DNA from: a virus
Virus record (IMG/VR): IMGVR_UViG_3300020438_004435
Strand: one strand, 5' to 3'
Length of the DNA: 64,000 nucleotides
Shown: piece by piece, positions 32,018 to 41,304 of the stretch
How positions within the stretch are numbered: position 1 is the first letter of the stretch
Layout: every line of letters starts with the position of its first letter
The notes under the pieces: generated by a model
Database searches by the model: none
Told to the model about the DNA's origin: nothing
The model's input: the letters and a program-made list of their open reading frames with translations, nothing else
Translations under genes and position numbers: made by a program

Positions 32018-32396
32018 CTATTGACTCCGATGTTTTTACTTTAGTTTCCTTTACCGATTTATCTAAGTCTTCTATTTCACCTAATGTATCTAATAATTGT
32101 TTTTTCTCTTCTTCAGAGATACCGAAATCAGCGTCATTGCCTGATCCATTATTAGCTATCATTCGTTGAATTAATGAAGAAAGTTTAACTATCAATTCAT
32201 CATTCTTTACACCAATTTCTAAATAGTCTTTAATTAACGGTACTATAATAGTAGCATCGCCTATATTACTAATTAATGGTTTTAATTCAGCAATAAGTAA
32301 ATTAATTTGGGTTTCTTTCTTTTTAGATGTAGAATAAATGTCCTCAGCTAAATTTGCAAAAGATTTGCCCTTAAATATTTCAGTATCCTTATCCAT
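31992..32396 (-). CDS. Hypothetical protein
   Basis: 134-aa helical ORF. Confidence 0.7.
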   Translation of the reverse strand: MDKDTEIFKGKSFANLAEDIYSTSKKKETQINLLIAELKPLISNIGDATIIVPLIKDYLEIGVKNDELIVKLSSLIQRMIANNGSGNDADFGISEEEKKQLLDTLGEIEDLDKSVKETKVKTSESIDGIQTQNK

Positions 32397-32408
32397 ATAA
32401 TATAAATA

Positions 32409-33206
32409 TTAGAAATGTCTAGATTTACTTACGGTTTGTTTCAATGGCTTGTTGGTTTTATATCTTAAATACATTTCAGCATATTCCTTTTTCATTTCCT
32501 TTACTACCTTAGTAATGTATTGAGTTTTTATTCCAGTCATTTCTCGAATCATTATATACAATGCCTTCTTATTAAAGATCTCTATATTTTCTCTTCTTCT
32601 AAATAATTCTACTATTGCGGCTGCAACTGAAAGATCTTTCTTACGCGTAAATTTGGTTGGTAGATGTACATCCCAATAATCAACCATTAAATCCATAAAG
32701 TCTTTTTGTGAATCCTTTACCTCCTGTCTTACTACCTCACCAACTATATCCCTTTTGATATCCACTACATCTAATGTAGCTCTCTTAATCATCTTCTTAT
32801 AATTTTCCTGGCTGTTAAAAATTAAATAATTTTTAGCCACTATACTGAAGTATGAAAATGCTCTACCCTTATCCGGTGTATATTTATCGATCTTCTCTAT
32901 AAGGTATGCTATAACCTCATTCTGAACATCTGAGTATCCTCCTGGAAGATTATAAAACTTAAATGTGTGGATTATATTTTCCGCTAATTTAAGAAATGCT
33001 TTATGTACATATTTTGTATATAACCTATCTCTTTGTATTCTACATTCCTCATTATTATAAGCTATAACAGCTTGTTCCGTTACAATATTAAAATAATAAT
33101 TTTTAGTAGCTTTACGGCCCCTTTTAGGTTTAGGGTTTTTTAATTCTTCTTCATACTCTATAAGCCATTTATCAAAAGCTTTAGCATCAAATATTTTTTC
33201 CATCAT
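32409..33206 (-). CDS. Sigma-factor-like late transcription protein (T4 gp55-like)
   Basis: AFLKLAENII...DVQNEVIAYLIEKIDKYTPDKGRAFSYFSIVAKNYLI resembles sigma region 2 of gp55. Confidence 0.65.
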   Translation of the reverse strand: MMEKIFDAKAFDKWLIEYEEELKNPKPKRGRKATKNYYFNIVTEQAVIAYNNEECRIQRDRLYTKYVHKAFLKLAENIIHTFKFYNLPGGYSDVQNEVIAYLIEKIDKYTPDKGRAFSYFSIVAKNYLIFNSQENYKKMIKRATLDVVDIKRDIVGEVVRQEVKDSQKDFMDLMVDYWDVHLPTKFTRKKDLSVAAAIVELFRRRENIEIFNKKALYIMIREMTGIKTQYITKVVKEMKKEYAEMYLRYKTNKPLKQTVSKSRHF

Positions 33207-33474
33207 CTTCTTTTCCCAATGTATTTAATTGATTCATAATAGATTTTAATTCTTTGAAAAAATAACCAACCTCATCATCAGCTTCGAAAGATCCTTTTTT
33301 ATCTATGTCGTTCATACGCGATTGCATATCGGTAATAGATTTTGCAAATCTTTGTAACCAGCTTTCCAAATTTTCTACATACTCTTCACTCTGTTCATAA
33401 TTTCTTAATAGATTATAAATTACAAACAAAGATGATATAAGCAATAACGATAATATTATAATTGTTATTATCAT
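33187..33474 (-). CDS. Small membrane-anchored coiled-coil protein
   Basis: N-terminal hydrophobic helix. Confidence 0.65.
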   Translation of the reverse strand: MIITIIILSLLLISSLFVIYNLLRNYEQSEEYVENLESWLQRFAKSITDMQSRMNDIDKKGSFEADDEVGYFFKELKSIMNQLNTLGKEDDGKNI

Positions 33475-34316
33475 CCGAATAACTCATCAAATAATTTACT
33501 TGCATCAGATCCCGAATTCAATGCGGATTGTCTTGAATTAGGTGTCACCTGTTTAACAGCTTTTTCCTTTTTCGGTACTGGTGGATTATATATATTGGAT
33601 TGGGTAGGAATGTGTTCCTTAATTTTATCCATAGGAGCATCCTTTAATGTTCTAACATTTTGTAACCCGTTCTCTCCAAATTTCCATCTTTCATATTCAA
33701 TTCGGGAAGCCATCATATCCGCTTGATGTAATACATATGGAAGATTAACCTGTATTCTTGTATCAGGATTATATCCCATTAGATATGGTTTATTAGAATC
33801 ATCATACATTCCATCATGTAATTTTATTCCTAGAAATTCATTCCAACTATATTTAATACCAAATTGATTTAATAAAAATAAACTACGATCCGGAACCAAT
33901 GCAAATGGTGTTTCTGAATTTGCTTTATAAAGTTGACCTTGATTCTTTCTATGCCATTCACTAGGATTAGGAATATATGCATCTGTATTCATGTCACCAA
34001 CCTTACCAAGATCATGATTAAGGGCACTAAACAATAATTCCTCTATTGTATAATTATCCGTATATCCTCCAGTACTTACCCAACTATTGTAAACCTCAAA
34101 TGCACAATCCATTACTCTTAATACATGATCTACATATCCGCCTACGAAACAATTATGAAAATGTTCTCTTGAGCTTGCTGGAGCAAACATCATTCTTTCC
34201 TCAAAATAGGAATACATTTCTAAAAGCTTTTCTTTACGCTCACCTTCAAACTGATGATCAATTCGACCCATAAGGTCCTTCCAATTTTCTTTAATTTGTT
34301 TTTCGTCTAATTTCAT
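33471..34316 (-). CDS. HD-domain phosphohydrolase (YhaM-like)
   Basis: H...GGYVDHVLRV, NHDLGKVG, LHDG and LHQADMMAS motifs. Confidence 0.8.
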   Translation of the reverse strand: MKLDEKQIKENWKDLMGRIDHQFEGERKEKLLEMYSYFEERMMFAPASSREHFHNCFVGGYVDHVLRVMDCAFEVYNSWVSTGGYTDNYTIEELLFSALNHDLGKVGDMNTDAYIPNPSEWHRKNQGQLYKANSETPFALVPDRSLFLLNQFGIKYSWNEFLGIKLHDGMYDDSNKPYLMGYNPDTRIQVNLPYVLHQADMMASRIEYERWKFGENGLQNVRTLKDAPMDKIKEHIPTQSNIYNPPVPKKEKAVKQVTPNSRQSALNSGSDASKLFDELFG

Positions 34317-34317
34317 A

Positions 34318-34995
34318 TTATGTTATTATTATATCTATTACACCTAATTTTAATGCATCCTTAGAATTAAGATACATATCGGTTTTTATATTTGCATCCC
34401 AAAATTTCTTATCCTTATGGGTTTTTTGTTCTAATAAATCATTGGCCATATTATTAAGATAATCAAAATACTTTCCTGCTGCCTTTACATCTGATTGTTT
34501 ACCTGAAGCCATTGATGATCCTTCATGTAACATAATAGTACTTCTCTTACTAGCCATTCTCTTACCAGTCCCTGCTGCTAATATTACTGCTGCTGCTGAC
34601 AATGCTTTACCTCTACACATTGTATTAATTTTTATACCTAGATTCTTATCCAAGCTTTCCATATAATCTATCATACCAAACATTTCAAAAACATCACCGC
34701 CGTTACTATCAATAACCAAATTAATAGGATCACTTTCTTTATCAGTGCCTGCATGGTATTTCATTATTGTTCTACATCTTGACATAAAATCATATAAAGC
34801 ATAATCTTCTATTTCTCCACAAAGATATATTACTCTATCCTCTACATCAACTGCAAATTCTATTTCTCGATAAAGATATTTTTTATAATCCATTATCTTT
34901 TTTTTAATTTCATTTGTAGGCTTTTCAAATGTACCTTCTTCTAATGTTTCAATTCTTGGAGATTCATATTCTTCTCCATATAAATTATCTGCCAT
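34318..34995 (-). CDS. clpP: ATP-dependent Clp protease proteolytic subunit (ClpP-like)
   Basis: INLVIDSNGGDV, catalytic Ser in GKALSAAAVILAAG, His in IMLHEGS, DMYLNSKDALKLGVIDII. Confidence 0.88.
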   Translation of the reverse strand: MADNLYGEEYESPRIETLEEGTFEKPTNEIKKKIMDYKKYLYREIEFAVDVEDRVIYLCGEIEDYALYDFMSRCRTIMKYHAGTDKESDPINLVIDSNGGDVFEMFGMIDYMESLDKNLGIKINTMCRGKALSAAAVILAAGTGKRMASKRSTIMLHEGSSMASGKQSDVKAAGKYFDYLNNMANDLLEQKTHKDKKFWDANIKTDMYLNSKDALKLGVIDIIIT

Positions 34996-34997
34996 AA

Positions 34998-35216
34998 CTA
35001 CCCTTTAAGTATTTGTTTAATATTCTTTGACGTAGATTCATTTCCATAATTATTACCAAAGGCTTCCTCTACGCTTTTACTACTATAACCTAATGCACAA
35101 GCTAATCTTTTACATATTAATTTGAATTCATGTACATCCAAATTTTCTGTTACATCCAATTCTATCTTCTGAACTTCTTTAGAATATGTTCCTCTTGTAT
35201 AAATTATTTTATCCAT
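34998..35216 (-). CDS. Hypothetical protein (start refined to MDKIIYTRG)
   Basis: ORF track 34998..35249; the internal ATG at 35216 abuts the upstream stop. Confidence 0.6.
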   Translation of the reverse strand: MDKIIYTRGTYSKEVQKIELDVTENLDVHEFKLICKRLACALGYSSKSVEEAFGNNYGNESTSKNIKQILKG

Positions 35217-35448
35217 TCTTATCCTCATTAATATACGGTGCCCTCGCATATGCTATTATTATATACATTATATTTAATCCTAACATCATCATGAATGAAT
35301 TGAAGAATGATAATTCATCATATCCTATTATTGGACTTATTACAAAATTCCAAACAATGTATAATGGTAATGTGTAAAAGAACCAAAACATTATTACTAA
35401 TGCTGATACTATTGTTAACGAAATTGCTAGAGTTATAAAATCCTTCAT
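35209..35448 (-). CDS. Small two-TM membrane protein
   Basis: Two hydrophobic stretches; promoter motif immediately upstream. Confidence 0.6.
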   Translation of the reverse strand: MKDFITLAISLTIVSALVIMFWFFYTLPLYIVWNFVISPIIGYDELSFFNSFMMMLGLNIMYIIIAYARAPYINEDKNG

Positions 35449-35487
35449 ATTATATATAATATACAAAAATTATTTTAATTAACCTAA

Positions 35488-36051
35488 TTATTTCGTAACT
35501 TTCTTTACCTTCTTGGTTCTCTTGACCGGAAAATATTTTCTTTGAATTTTATTGATAGCGGTTTGAATTGGTTTTTTATCTTTCTTTAATTTAGCTTTTG
35601 CTAATTTCTTTTTAAGATCATATAAATAAGACATATCTGTCGCTTTAGTCTTTTCCCGTTCCCTCTTGGTAGGTCTTTTCTTTTTCTTTTTAGATACTAT
35701 CTTGGTTGGTTTTAATGTGCCTTTTAATTTAGGTTGTTCCTTACCCTTGTGATATACCGTTCCATCTGCATCTACAAATTCCTTCATCCATTGCCAACCT
35801 GGTGGTCGACCTGTAGGTTTATATCTTGCAGAAATCTTTGGTGGCTCAGTAATTTTATTAACACATTTATGGCATAATACTCCAGTTACCTCAGATCCTA
35901 CTTTGTCCCAATTAAAACATCTAGGAATATCCTTTAATAAATTCCAACCCCAATAAGATGTATCTTCAACGCTATTTCTACAGATCATATAGCGCTGACC
36001 TTTCTCAGTGTAGGTCTTAAATTCTATTTTGGATTTCTTTTTCTTTGCCAT
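35488..36051 (-). CDS. Basic hypothetical protein
   Basis: Lys-rich, 187 aa; GRPPGWQWMKEFVDADG motif; own promoter motif. Confidence 0.7.
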   Translation of the reverse strand: MAKKKKSKIEFKTYTEKGQRYMICRNSVEDTSYWGWNLLKDIPRCFNWDKVGSEVTGVLCHKCVNKITEPPKISARYKPTGRPPGWQWMKEFVDADGTVYHKGKEQPKLKGTLKPTKIVSKKKKKRPTKREREKTKATDMSYLYDLKKKLAKAKLKKDKKPIQTAINKIQRKYFPVKRTKKVKKVTK

Positions 36052-36109
36052 AACATTATTATGTGTTTATATTAAATATACAAAAAATAAATTAAATAAC
36101 CAACTTTTA

Positions 36110-37372
36110 CTATATATTTGTATAATTTTTTGTATAACCCGGTGGTTTATCGCCTTTAAGACGCTTTTTATTACCTACCTTTTTTCTGGTTCTTTTTTTA
36201 GAATCACCTCTTCTAGTAACACCTTTCTCCTTTCCATGATATAATTCGTGTTCACCGTCTTTAGATTCCTGCTGTTCTTCTTCCTCTTCTAATATTTCTA
36301 TTAAAGCATCTAATCCAGTCTCCTTAGGTTCATTCATATCTTGATCAGGTAACCATTTTTCTTCTTCAAAGGGTAATTCTTCAAGATCATCCATTACGAT
36401 ATCTTTCTTTTCTATTTCTATACTTTCGGTTATACTAGACTTTAATTTATCTTGATTATCTTTTACTCTTTGTTTTAATGCAGGAGAAGGTTCCTTCCAC
36501 TCTTCCGGTATAGGATATGGTTTATTAAATTCCATACCTTTAGGTACTGACATTTTAACAACAGGTGTATTCTTTTTTATTTGGGCAAATGCCATATTAG
36601 CCGCTACTACTAATGCTATAGCTAATGGATCGAATACAAATATAATAAGTAATAGGAACCAGTTAACTACTATTCCCATATCTTGTCCTGTTGTTTCTGC
36701 CAGATATTTTAATGGACCTAATTCACTTTCCGCTTCATTGGAATATTCCTTATCTAATAAAGCTATGTCGGTCTTGTTAATAGAATCCATTACAGCCTCG
36801 ATTCTAATATTAATATTATCTCTATTATCTGTAGCAATAGTTAATTCGTTTTGTAAAGCTCTACGTGCTGAAGATGATGATGTTGTAATTAATTGACCCG
36901 ATTCCTTATCTATATATTGAACCTGTGCTGGATTAGATAATGCTATACGTAAATCAGATATGGATTTAGTTAAACCATTTTTTTCTATTTTAAGATCTTC
37001 CTTTTGTTCTTCGAACCTAATTTGTTTTTGATTGAGAATGGATAATGATTTATCTAATAATTCGGATTGGGTTGCAGTAGATTGATATGCTCCTGATAGG
37101 AATCCATATATACCTCCTGAGGTTATTAGTATCAATATAAAACAAGCTATACCTAAATAAAATCTTAGGAACTTATTTATAGTATCCCAGTATTGATATA
37201 ATAAAGATGCTACGACTAATTTAGCAAATTCTAAAGAGCCGGCCATTATAATTACCTCTGTAGATGCTCCTGCAAATAATTTACTTAATCCAAATACTGA
37301 ATAGAATGCTGCAGAACCCGATACTGCTAATGCTGACAATGCTATTAGAAATGGAAATAATCGTTTTTTCAT
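36110..37372 (-). CDS. Membrane-anchored coiled-coil protein
   Basis: N-terminal TM helices, central coiled coil, LGPLKYLA and IIFVFDPLAIALVVAAN TM segment. Confidence 0.75.
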   Translation of the reverse strand: MKKRLFPFLIALSALAVSGSAAFYSVFGLSKLFAGASTEVIIMAGSLEFAKLVVASLLYQYWDTINKFLRFYLGIACFILILITSGGIYGFLSGAYQSTATQSELLDKSLSILNQKQIRFEEQKEDLKIEKNGLTKSISDLRIALSNPAQVQYIDKESGQLITTSSSSARRALQNELTIATDNRDNINIRIEAVMDSINKTDIALLDKEYSNEAESELGPLKYLAETTGQDMGIVVNWFLLLIIFVFDPLAIALVVAANMAFAQIKKNTPVVKMSVPKGMEFNKPYPIPEEWKEPSPALKQRVKDNQDKLKSSITESIEIEKKDIVMDDLEELPFEEEKWLPDQDMNEPKETGLDALIEILEEEEEQQESKDGEHELYHGKEKGVTRRGDSKKRTRKKVGNKKRLKGDKPPGYTKNYTNI

Positions 37373-37374
37373 AC

Positions 37375-37548
37375 TTAATCTTCAAGTTCTAGTAGTTCTC
37401 TTGTTGACTCAATTTTTTTAGTTAATGTAGATAATGCTGCAACGGTTTCGGCTGCAGTAATTTGGCCACCTTCTAATTGTTTAGAAATGTGTGATGCTAA
37501 ATTCTCAAGTGCTTCTAGCTGATTTAATAGTTGTTGTTTATATTTCAT
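37375..37548 (-). CDS. Small hypothetical protein (57 aa, not in ORF track)
   Basis: AAGGAG leader; MKYKQQLLNQLEALENLASHISKQLEGG...LLELED*. Confidence 0.7.
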   Translation of the reverse strand: MKYKQQLLNQLEALENLASHISKQLEGGQITAAETVAALSTLTKKIESTRELLELED

Positions 37549-37675
37549 AGTGTTCTCCTTTATTATATTATATATATAAATATTATAATATTATTAATAT
37601 TATACTTTTTTTCCATTCGTTAATAGAAAATATACAAAAAATATCAATACGATCCTAATGATTTACAGATTATTT

Positions 37676-37927
37676 TTAATATTTTTTATTTTCCTCATAT
37701 TCTATATCTTCTATTCTTTCGCAGAATAGGAAGTTCCCATTCTTCTGAAATACTTTATTTATAGATTTATGATTGTCTTTTAACCATTCAGCCCAAACCC
37801 TTACGATCTTATTTACATCATTAGAATTAATACCATAATGATTAGGATGCATTTGAGTTTCAGGAATAGCTCTGTGTATTATATATAATGAACCTTTATG
37901 GTTCCATATTTTATGTTTGATATTCAT
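37676..37927 (-). CDS. Hypothetical protein
   Basis: 83-aa ORF. Confidence 0.65.
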   Translation of the reverse strand: MNIKHKIWNHKGSLYIIHRAIPETQMHPNHYGINSNDVNKIVRVWAEWLKDNHKSINKVFQKNGNFLFCERIEDIEYEENKKY

Positions 37928-37952
37928 AACGTATTGACGTGCGGGTCAGCCT

Positions 37953-38189
37953 TTATTTTTTTTCTATAACCTTTTTTACGTTCTTGTCTATACCATATTT
38001 ACATTTAATCCAAGTACGTTCATGAAAATAATACAAAACCATTTTTGTAATTATCTCTAATCCGCTAACAGTTAATCCTGCAGTAATACTGCCAGTGACT
38101 AACCAAGTCAATAAAAGAGTATCCAAGCTGGCAATAGTTCTCCAACTTAGGGTCTTTAATAAACTTCTTCTCTTACTTGCAAACATCAT
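37953..38189 (-). CDS. DUF2061-like membrane protein
   Basis: RSLLKTLSWR...EIITKMVLYYFHERTW motif. Confidence 0.85.
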   Translation of the reverse strand: MMFASKRRSLLKTLSWRTIASLDTLLLTWLVTGSITAGLTVSGLEIITKMVLYYFHERTWIKCKYGIDKNVKKVIEKK

Positions 38190-38197
38190 AATAGACT

Positions 38198-38611
38198 CTA
38201 CTTAATCGTAACCTGTTTAGGTTTAGCTTCATCTGCGAGTGGTGCAAATAAAGTTAATAAACCATTTTCTAATTTAGCTTCTAATTTTGATAAATCAAAT
38301 CTTCCACTGATTCTCCATCCAAAGTTAAATGCCCGCTTAGCTATATTTCTCTGAATGTATTCTGCCGAAGTAGAACCAGGTTCCTTCTTGTATTCTACTC
38401 GAAGTATATCTCCCTCAATAGTAAGATCAATATCTTTCTTTGTTAATCCAACACAAGCTATATCAATATTAAGACCTTCATTGGCCTCATATATGTCTAC
38501 TGGATGGTTTAGTTTAGTTGCATCTGCAAACTGATAGTCTACATCTGTTTTGAAAAAGTCCTTAAATAGGACGTCGAATGGCGAAGTGCCGAATGGTGTT
38601 AATTCTCCCAT
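38198..38611 (-). CDS. Small heat-shock protein (Hsp20/alpha-crystallin)
   Basis: PVDIYE...IDIACVGLTKKDI...AFNFGW...AKLENGLLTL. Confidence 0.9.
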   Translation of the reverse strand: MGELTPFGTSPFDVLFKDFFKTDVDYQFADATKLNHPVDIYEANEGLNIDIACVGLTKKDIDLTIEGDILRVEYKKEPGSTSAEYIQRNIAKRAFNFGWRISGRFDLSKLEAKLENGLLTLFAPLADEAKPKQVTIK

Positions 38612-38731
38612 AATAAATCTCCTTAGATAATTTTAATTATTAAACATTATTGTTTTAACATAACTTGCTGACCCGCAGTATCAATAAGTTACTTTAATAT
38701 AAATATACAAAAAATTTCTTTAACTACCAAA

Positions 38732-39316
38732 TTAATAGTGAATTATTGGAGTAGTAAATACACCAGGAACCGATACGGATCCTAAAAGCATAAGAATAGG
38801 TGGATCAGTACAACATGTTCCATTAGCCCAACCTCCTGTAGTACAATCATCCAACACTTCCATAGATATAGATAACTGATCTGGTGTGCAAGTAGGACCG
38901 ACTGTTACCTGAAAGCTCATGGTAAATGGTCCAGTGGAACTTGTTCCCCATCCAGCTGTTCCTGAGTTTATGAATCTCCATCCTGGACCAAAATTATATC
39001 CACCAGGATAAGTATGTTGTAAATCCCATACCCAATTACCAATAGCTCCTGCAGGATTACCAGGTGCAGTAATAGGTGTTAAATTTGTAAACCCTGGTCC
39101 TAGGATAATTTGAAATGCATGGATCCAATTTATATTAATTCCATTAAATGATTGAAGGGTATATGTAAGTGTAATTACCTGGCCAGGTATAAAAGTCCCA
39201 ATAGGTAGTGTGGGTGATGAGATTGGTGAATATGAATGGGTTTGAGTTCCAAGGCATGGTTGTGCAACAGCATTAAAACTAAATAGGATACATATTATAA
39301 TTATTATTTTTTTCAT
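38732..39316 (-). CDS. Secreted beta-rich protein with signal peptide
   Basis: MKKIIIIICILFSFNAVAQ signal ending in AQ (Bacteroidota style); Gly/Pro/Cys-rich; C-terminus FTTPIIHY. Confidence 0.7.
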   Translation of the reverse strand: MKKIIIIICILFSFNAVAQPCLGTQTHSYSPISSPTLPIGTFIPGQVITLTYTLQSFNGININWIHAFQIILGPGFTNLTPITAPGNPAGAIGNWVWDLQHTYPGGYNFGPGWRFINSGTAGWGTSSTGPFTMSFQVTVGPTCTPDQLSISMEVLDDCTTGGWANGTCCTDPPILMLLGSVSVPGVFTTPIIHY

Positions 39317-39843
39317 CTTACTAATGTTATAGGTCTTACAAATCTATTATTTTTTATAAAAACATTTATGGTATAAACGCCTATAGGATTATCCTTTCCA
39401 TCCCATGGCATATTACTATTGGCTTCAAATATTCGTTGTCCCCATCTATTATAGATTGCAATATATTCTATATCATTAACCGATCTACCACCTACATTAT
39501 ACTGTTCATTAATACCATCACCATTAGGAGTAAAAGAACTAGGAAAGAATAAAGTTGCATAAGGACAAGGAGATATAGAGACCTGATATTCTGATGTATC
39601 TCCATCGCACCCAAACCTAGTCGTATAAACTGATATAAGGTAGTCTCCTGCACTATCTGGCCATTGCACGGTGATAGTGTTAGATGATGCGGAAATGATG
39701 TCTCCGTGCGAGATTGACCAATAGTATATTTTATCAGCTTCATAATCAACCTGATAGGATTGTGGTTGTATAATTGAACAATCGTTATAGGTTTCTTGAG
39801 CTAATAAATGAAGGGGTAGTAATATTAATACCCACCATCTCAT
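39313..39843 (-). CDS. PKD-like + gliding-motility-associated C-terminal (T9SS type B CTD) protein
   Basis: Signal MRWWVLILLPLHLLAQ; C-terminal LFFPSSFTPNGDGINE...IYNRWGQRIFE...WDGK...PIGVY. Confidence 0.85.
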   Translation of the reverse strand: MRWWVLILLPLHLLAQETYNDCSIIQPQSYQVDYEADKIYYWSISHGDIISASSNTITVQWPDSAGDYLISVYTTRFGCDGDTSEYQVSISPCPYATLFFPSSFTPNGDGINEQYNVGGRSVNDIEYIAIYNRWGQRIFEANSNMPWDGKDNPIGVYTINVFIKNNRFVRPITLVR

Positions 39844-39844
39844 A

Positions 39845-40384
39845 TTAAAAATGTTGGATCGGACCAGTGATAGGTCCATTATTTACGGTTACATTTATTG
39901 TAGTATTACATCCAGCCATAGAATAGGTTAATACATAATTACCAACTCCAGTTGATGGTTGAAAATTATTACCTACTACACCTGTACCAGACCAAGTCCC
40001 TCCTGCAGGGCTACCTACTAATGGTGTTGTTGGATCACCAGGACAAAATGGTCCTATGGTATTACCTGATAGATCTAAAATAAATACATCTAAGAGTTGT
40101 GGTGTGCCAGGACAACCAGTCGCATTAGATTCTATTACTTCTACTGCATTAGGATAAAGACCAGATACACCTCCCCAATCTACTGTAATAGAACTTGTGG
40201 TTTGGCCTGTTTGTAAAATACCACCACCACCTGTTATTGTCCATTGATAGGTTGATGTAGGTGTGACAGCAACATAATATTGTTCTCCTGTTGCATTAAC
40301 ACATACTGTGTCTGGGTTAATTGTTGTTTGTGATATTGCAGATATCGATAATGATACCAACAAGATTGTTAGAAATTTTTTCAT
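39845..40384 (-). CDS. Secreted PKD-like/Ig-like protein
   Basis: Signal MKKFLTILLVSLSISAISQ; TYQWTITGG...ITVDWG; AGGTWSGTGV; C-terminus ITGPIQHF. Confidence 0.75.
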   Translation of the reverse strand: MKKFLTILLVSLSISAISQTTINPDTVCVNATGEQYYVAVTPTSTYQWTITGGGGILQTGQTTSSITVDWGGVSGLYPNAVEVIESNATGCPGTPQLLDVFILDLSGNTIGPFCPGDPTTPLVGSPAGGTWSGTGVVGNNFQPSTGVGNYVLTYSMAGCNTTINVTVNNGPITGPIQHF

Positions 40385-40396
40385 AATACATCTCCT

Positions 40397-41284
40397 TTAT
40401 TTATTTGGCATTTCGAATATATAAGTATGAACCAGATTGCCTGCCTGATTTACTTTCTTACGATATTCGCAATTGCCTACGTTTGATTTATTTACTATTT
40501 TTTCCTTAAGGTAATCTAATCGTGATTTGTTTAGAGAACATATAATTAACATACCATCTACCGTAGTACATCTAACCATTCCATCATTTAGGTTTTCCAG
40601 CAATGCACTATTAAACATGTTCTGTACAAATTCATAATCCAATTCAGAATTTGGAACTACACCAAATGCCTTTAATGTATTAATGTTTGGAGACCATGGT
40701 TTGAATTTAGGTATTAATCTTTTACCATTGATAAGTCGTTCCATATAAAAATCAATATTTTCAGGATCAAGAGTGTCGAACCACTTTTCATATTTAGAAT
40801 AATCATTCATAAATATTTCTTCCTTATCTATCGCTCTTAATTTTTCCCATACTAGTGTAGCTATTATTTCATTAGCTTCACCAATCATTTGGGAGTACTG
40901 CATTTGCTGATCATCATTCAATGAGTCGAACCATTCATCAAAATTAAAATTATCATTTTTTAGTTCACTCGGATCAAATAATTTATCTGAATGAGACGTC
41001 CATTGTCCTGACTTAGTAATATCATCTAATCTTGGAAATGAATCATCTAATTCCTTTTTATAATCTTCTGGTGTTATTCTCCTTATAGGAGGTTCAGGTT
41101 TTATTATTTCCTGTCGTTGAAAATCAATACTCCTATCTGATAATATTTTATTACGAATTTCATCATCTAACATATCTAAATAATTGAACATTAATTCATC
41201 ATCACAATTATAGTATTCAAGGTTGTATTTTTTACCTTCAACCTTAACACGCTTCTTTAGATATGGTGCAACAATTTTCTTCAT
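40397..41284 (-). CDS. Acidic hypothetical protein (start refined to MKKIVAPY)
   Basis: The ORF-track extension to 41383 overlaps the tmRNA; ATG at 41284. Confidence 0.7.
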   Translation of the reverse strand: MKKIVAPYLKKRVKVEGKKYNLEYYNCDDELMFNYLDMLDDEIRNKILSDRSIDFQRQEIIKPEPPIRRITPEDYKKELDDSFPRLDDITKSGQWTSHSDKLFDPSELKNDNFNFDEWFDSLNDDQQMQYSQMIGEANEIIATLVWEKLRAIDKEEIFMNDYSKYEKWFDTLDPENIDFYMERLINGKRLIPKFKPWSPNINTLKAFGVVPNSELDYEFVQNMFNSALLENLNDGMVRCTTVDGMLIICSLNKSRLDYLKEKIVNKSNVGNCEYRKKVNQAGNLVHTYIFEMPNK

Positions 41285-41304
41285 AATATTCCTAATAAAA
41301 ATAA

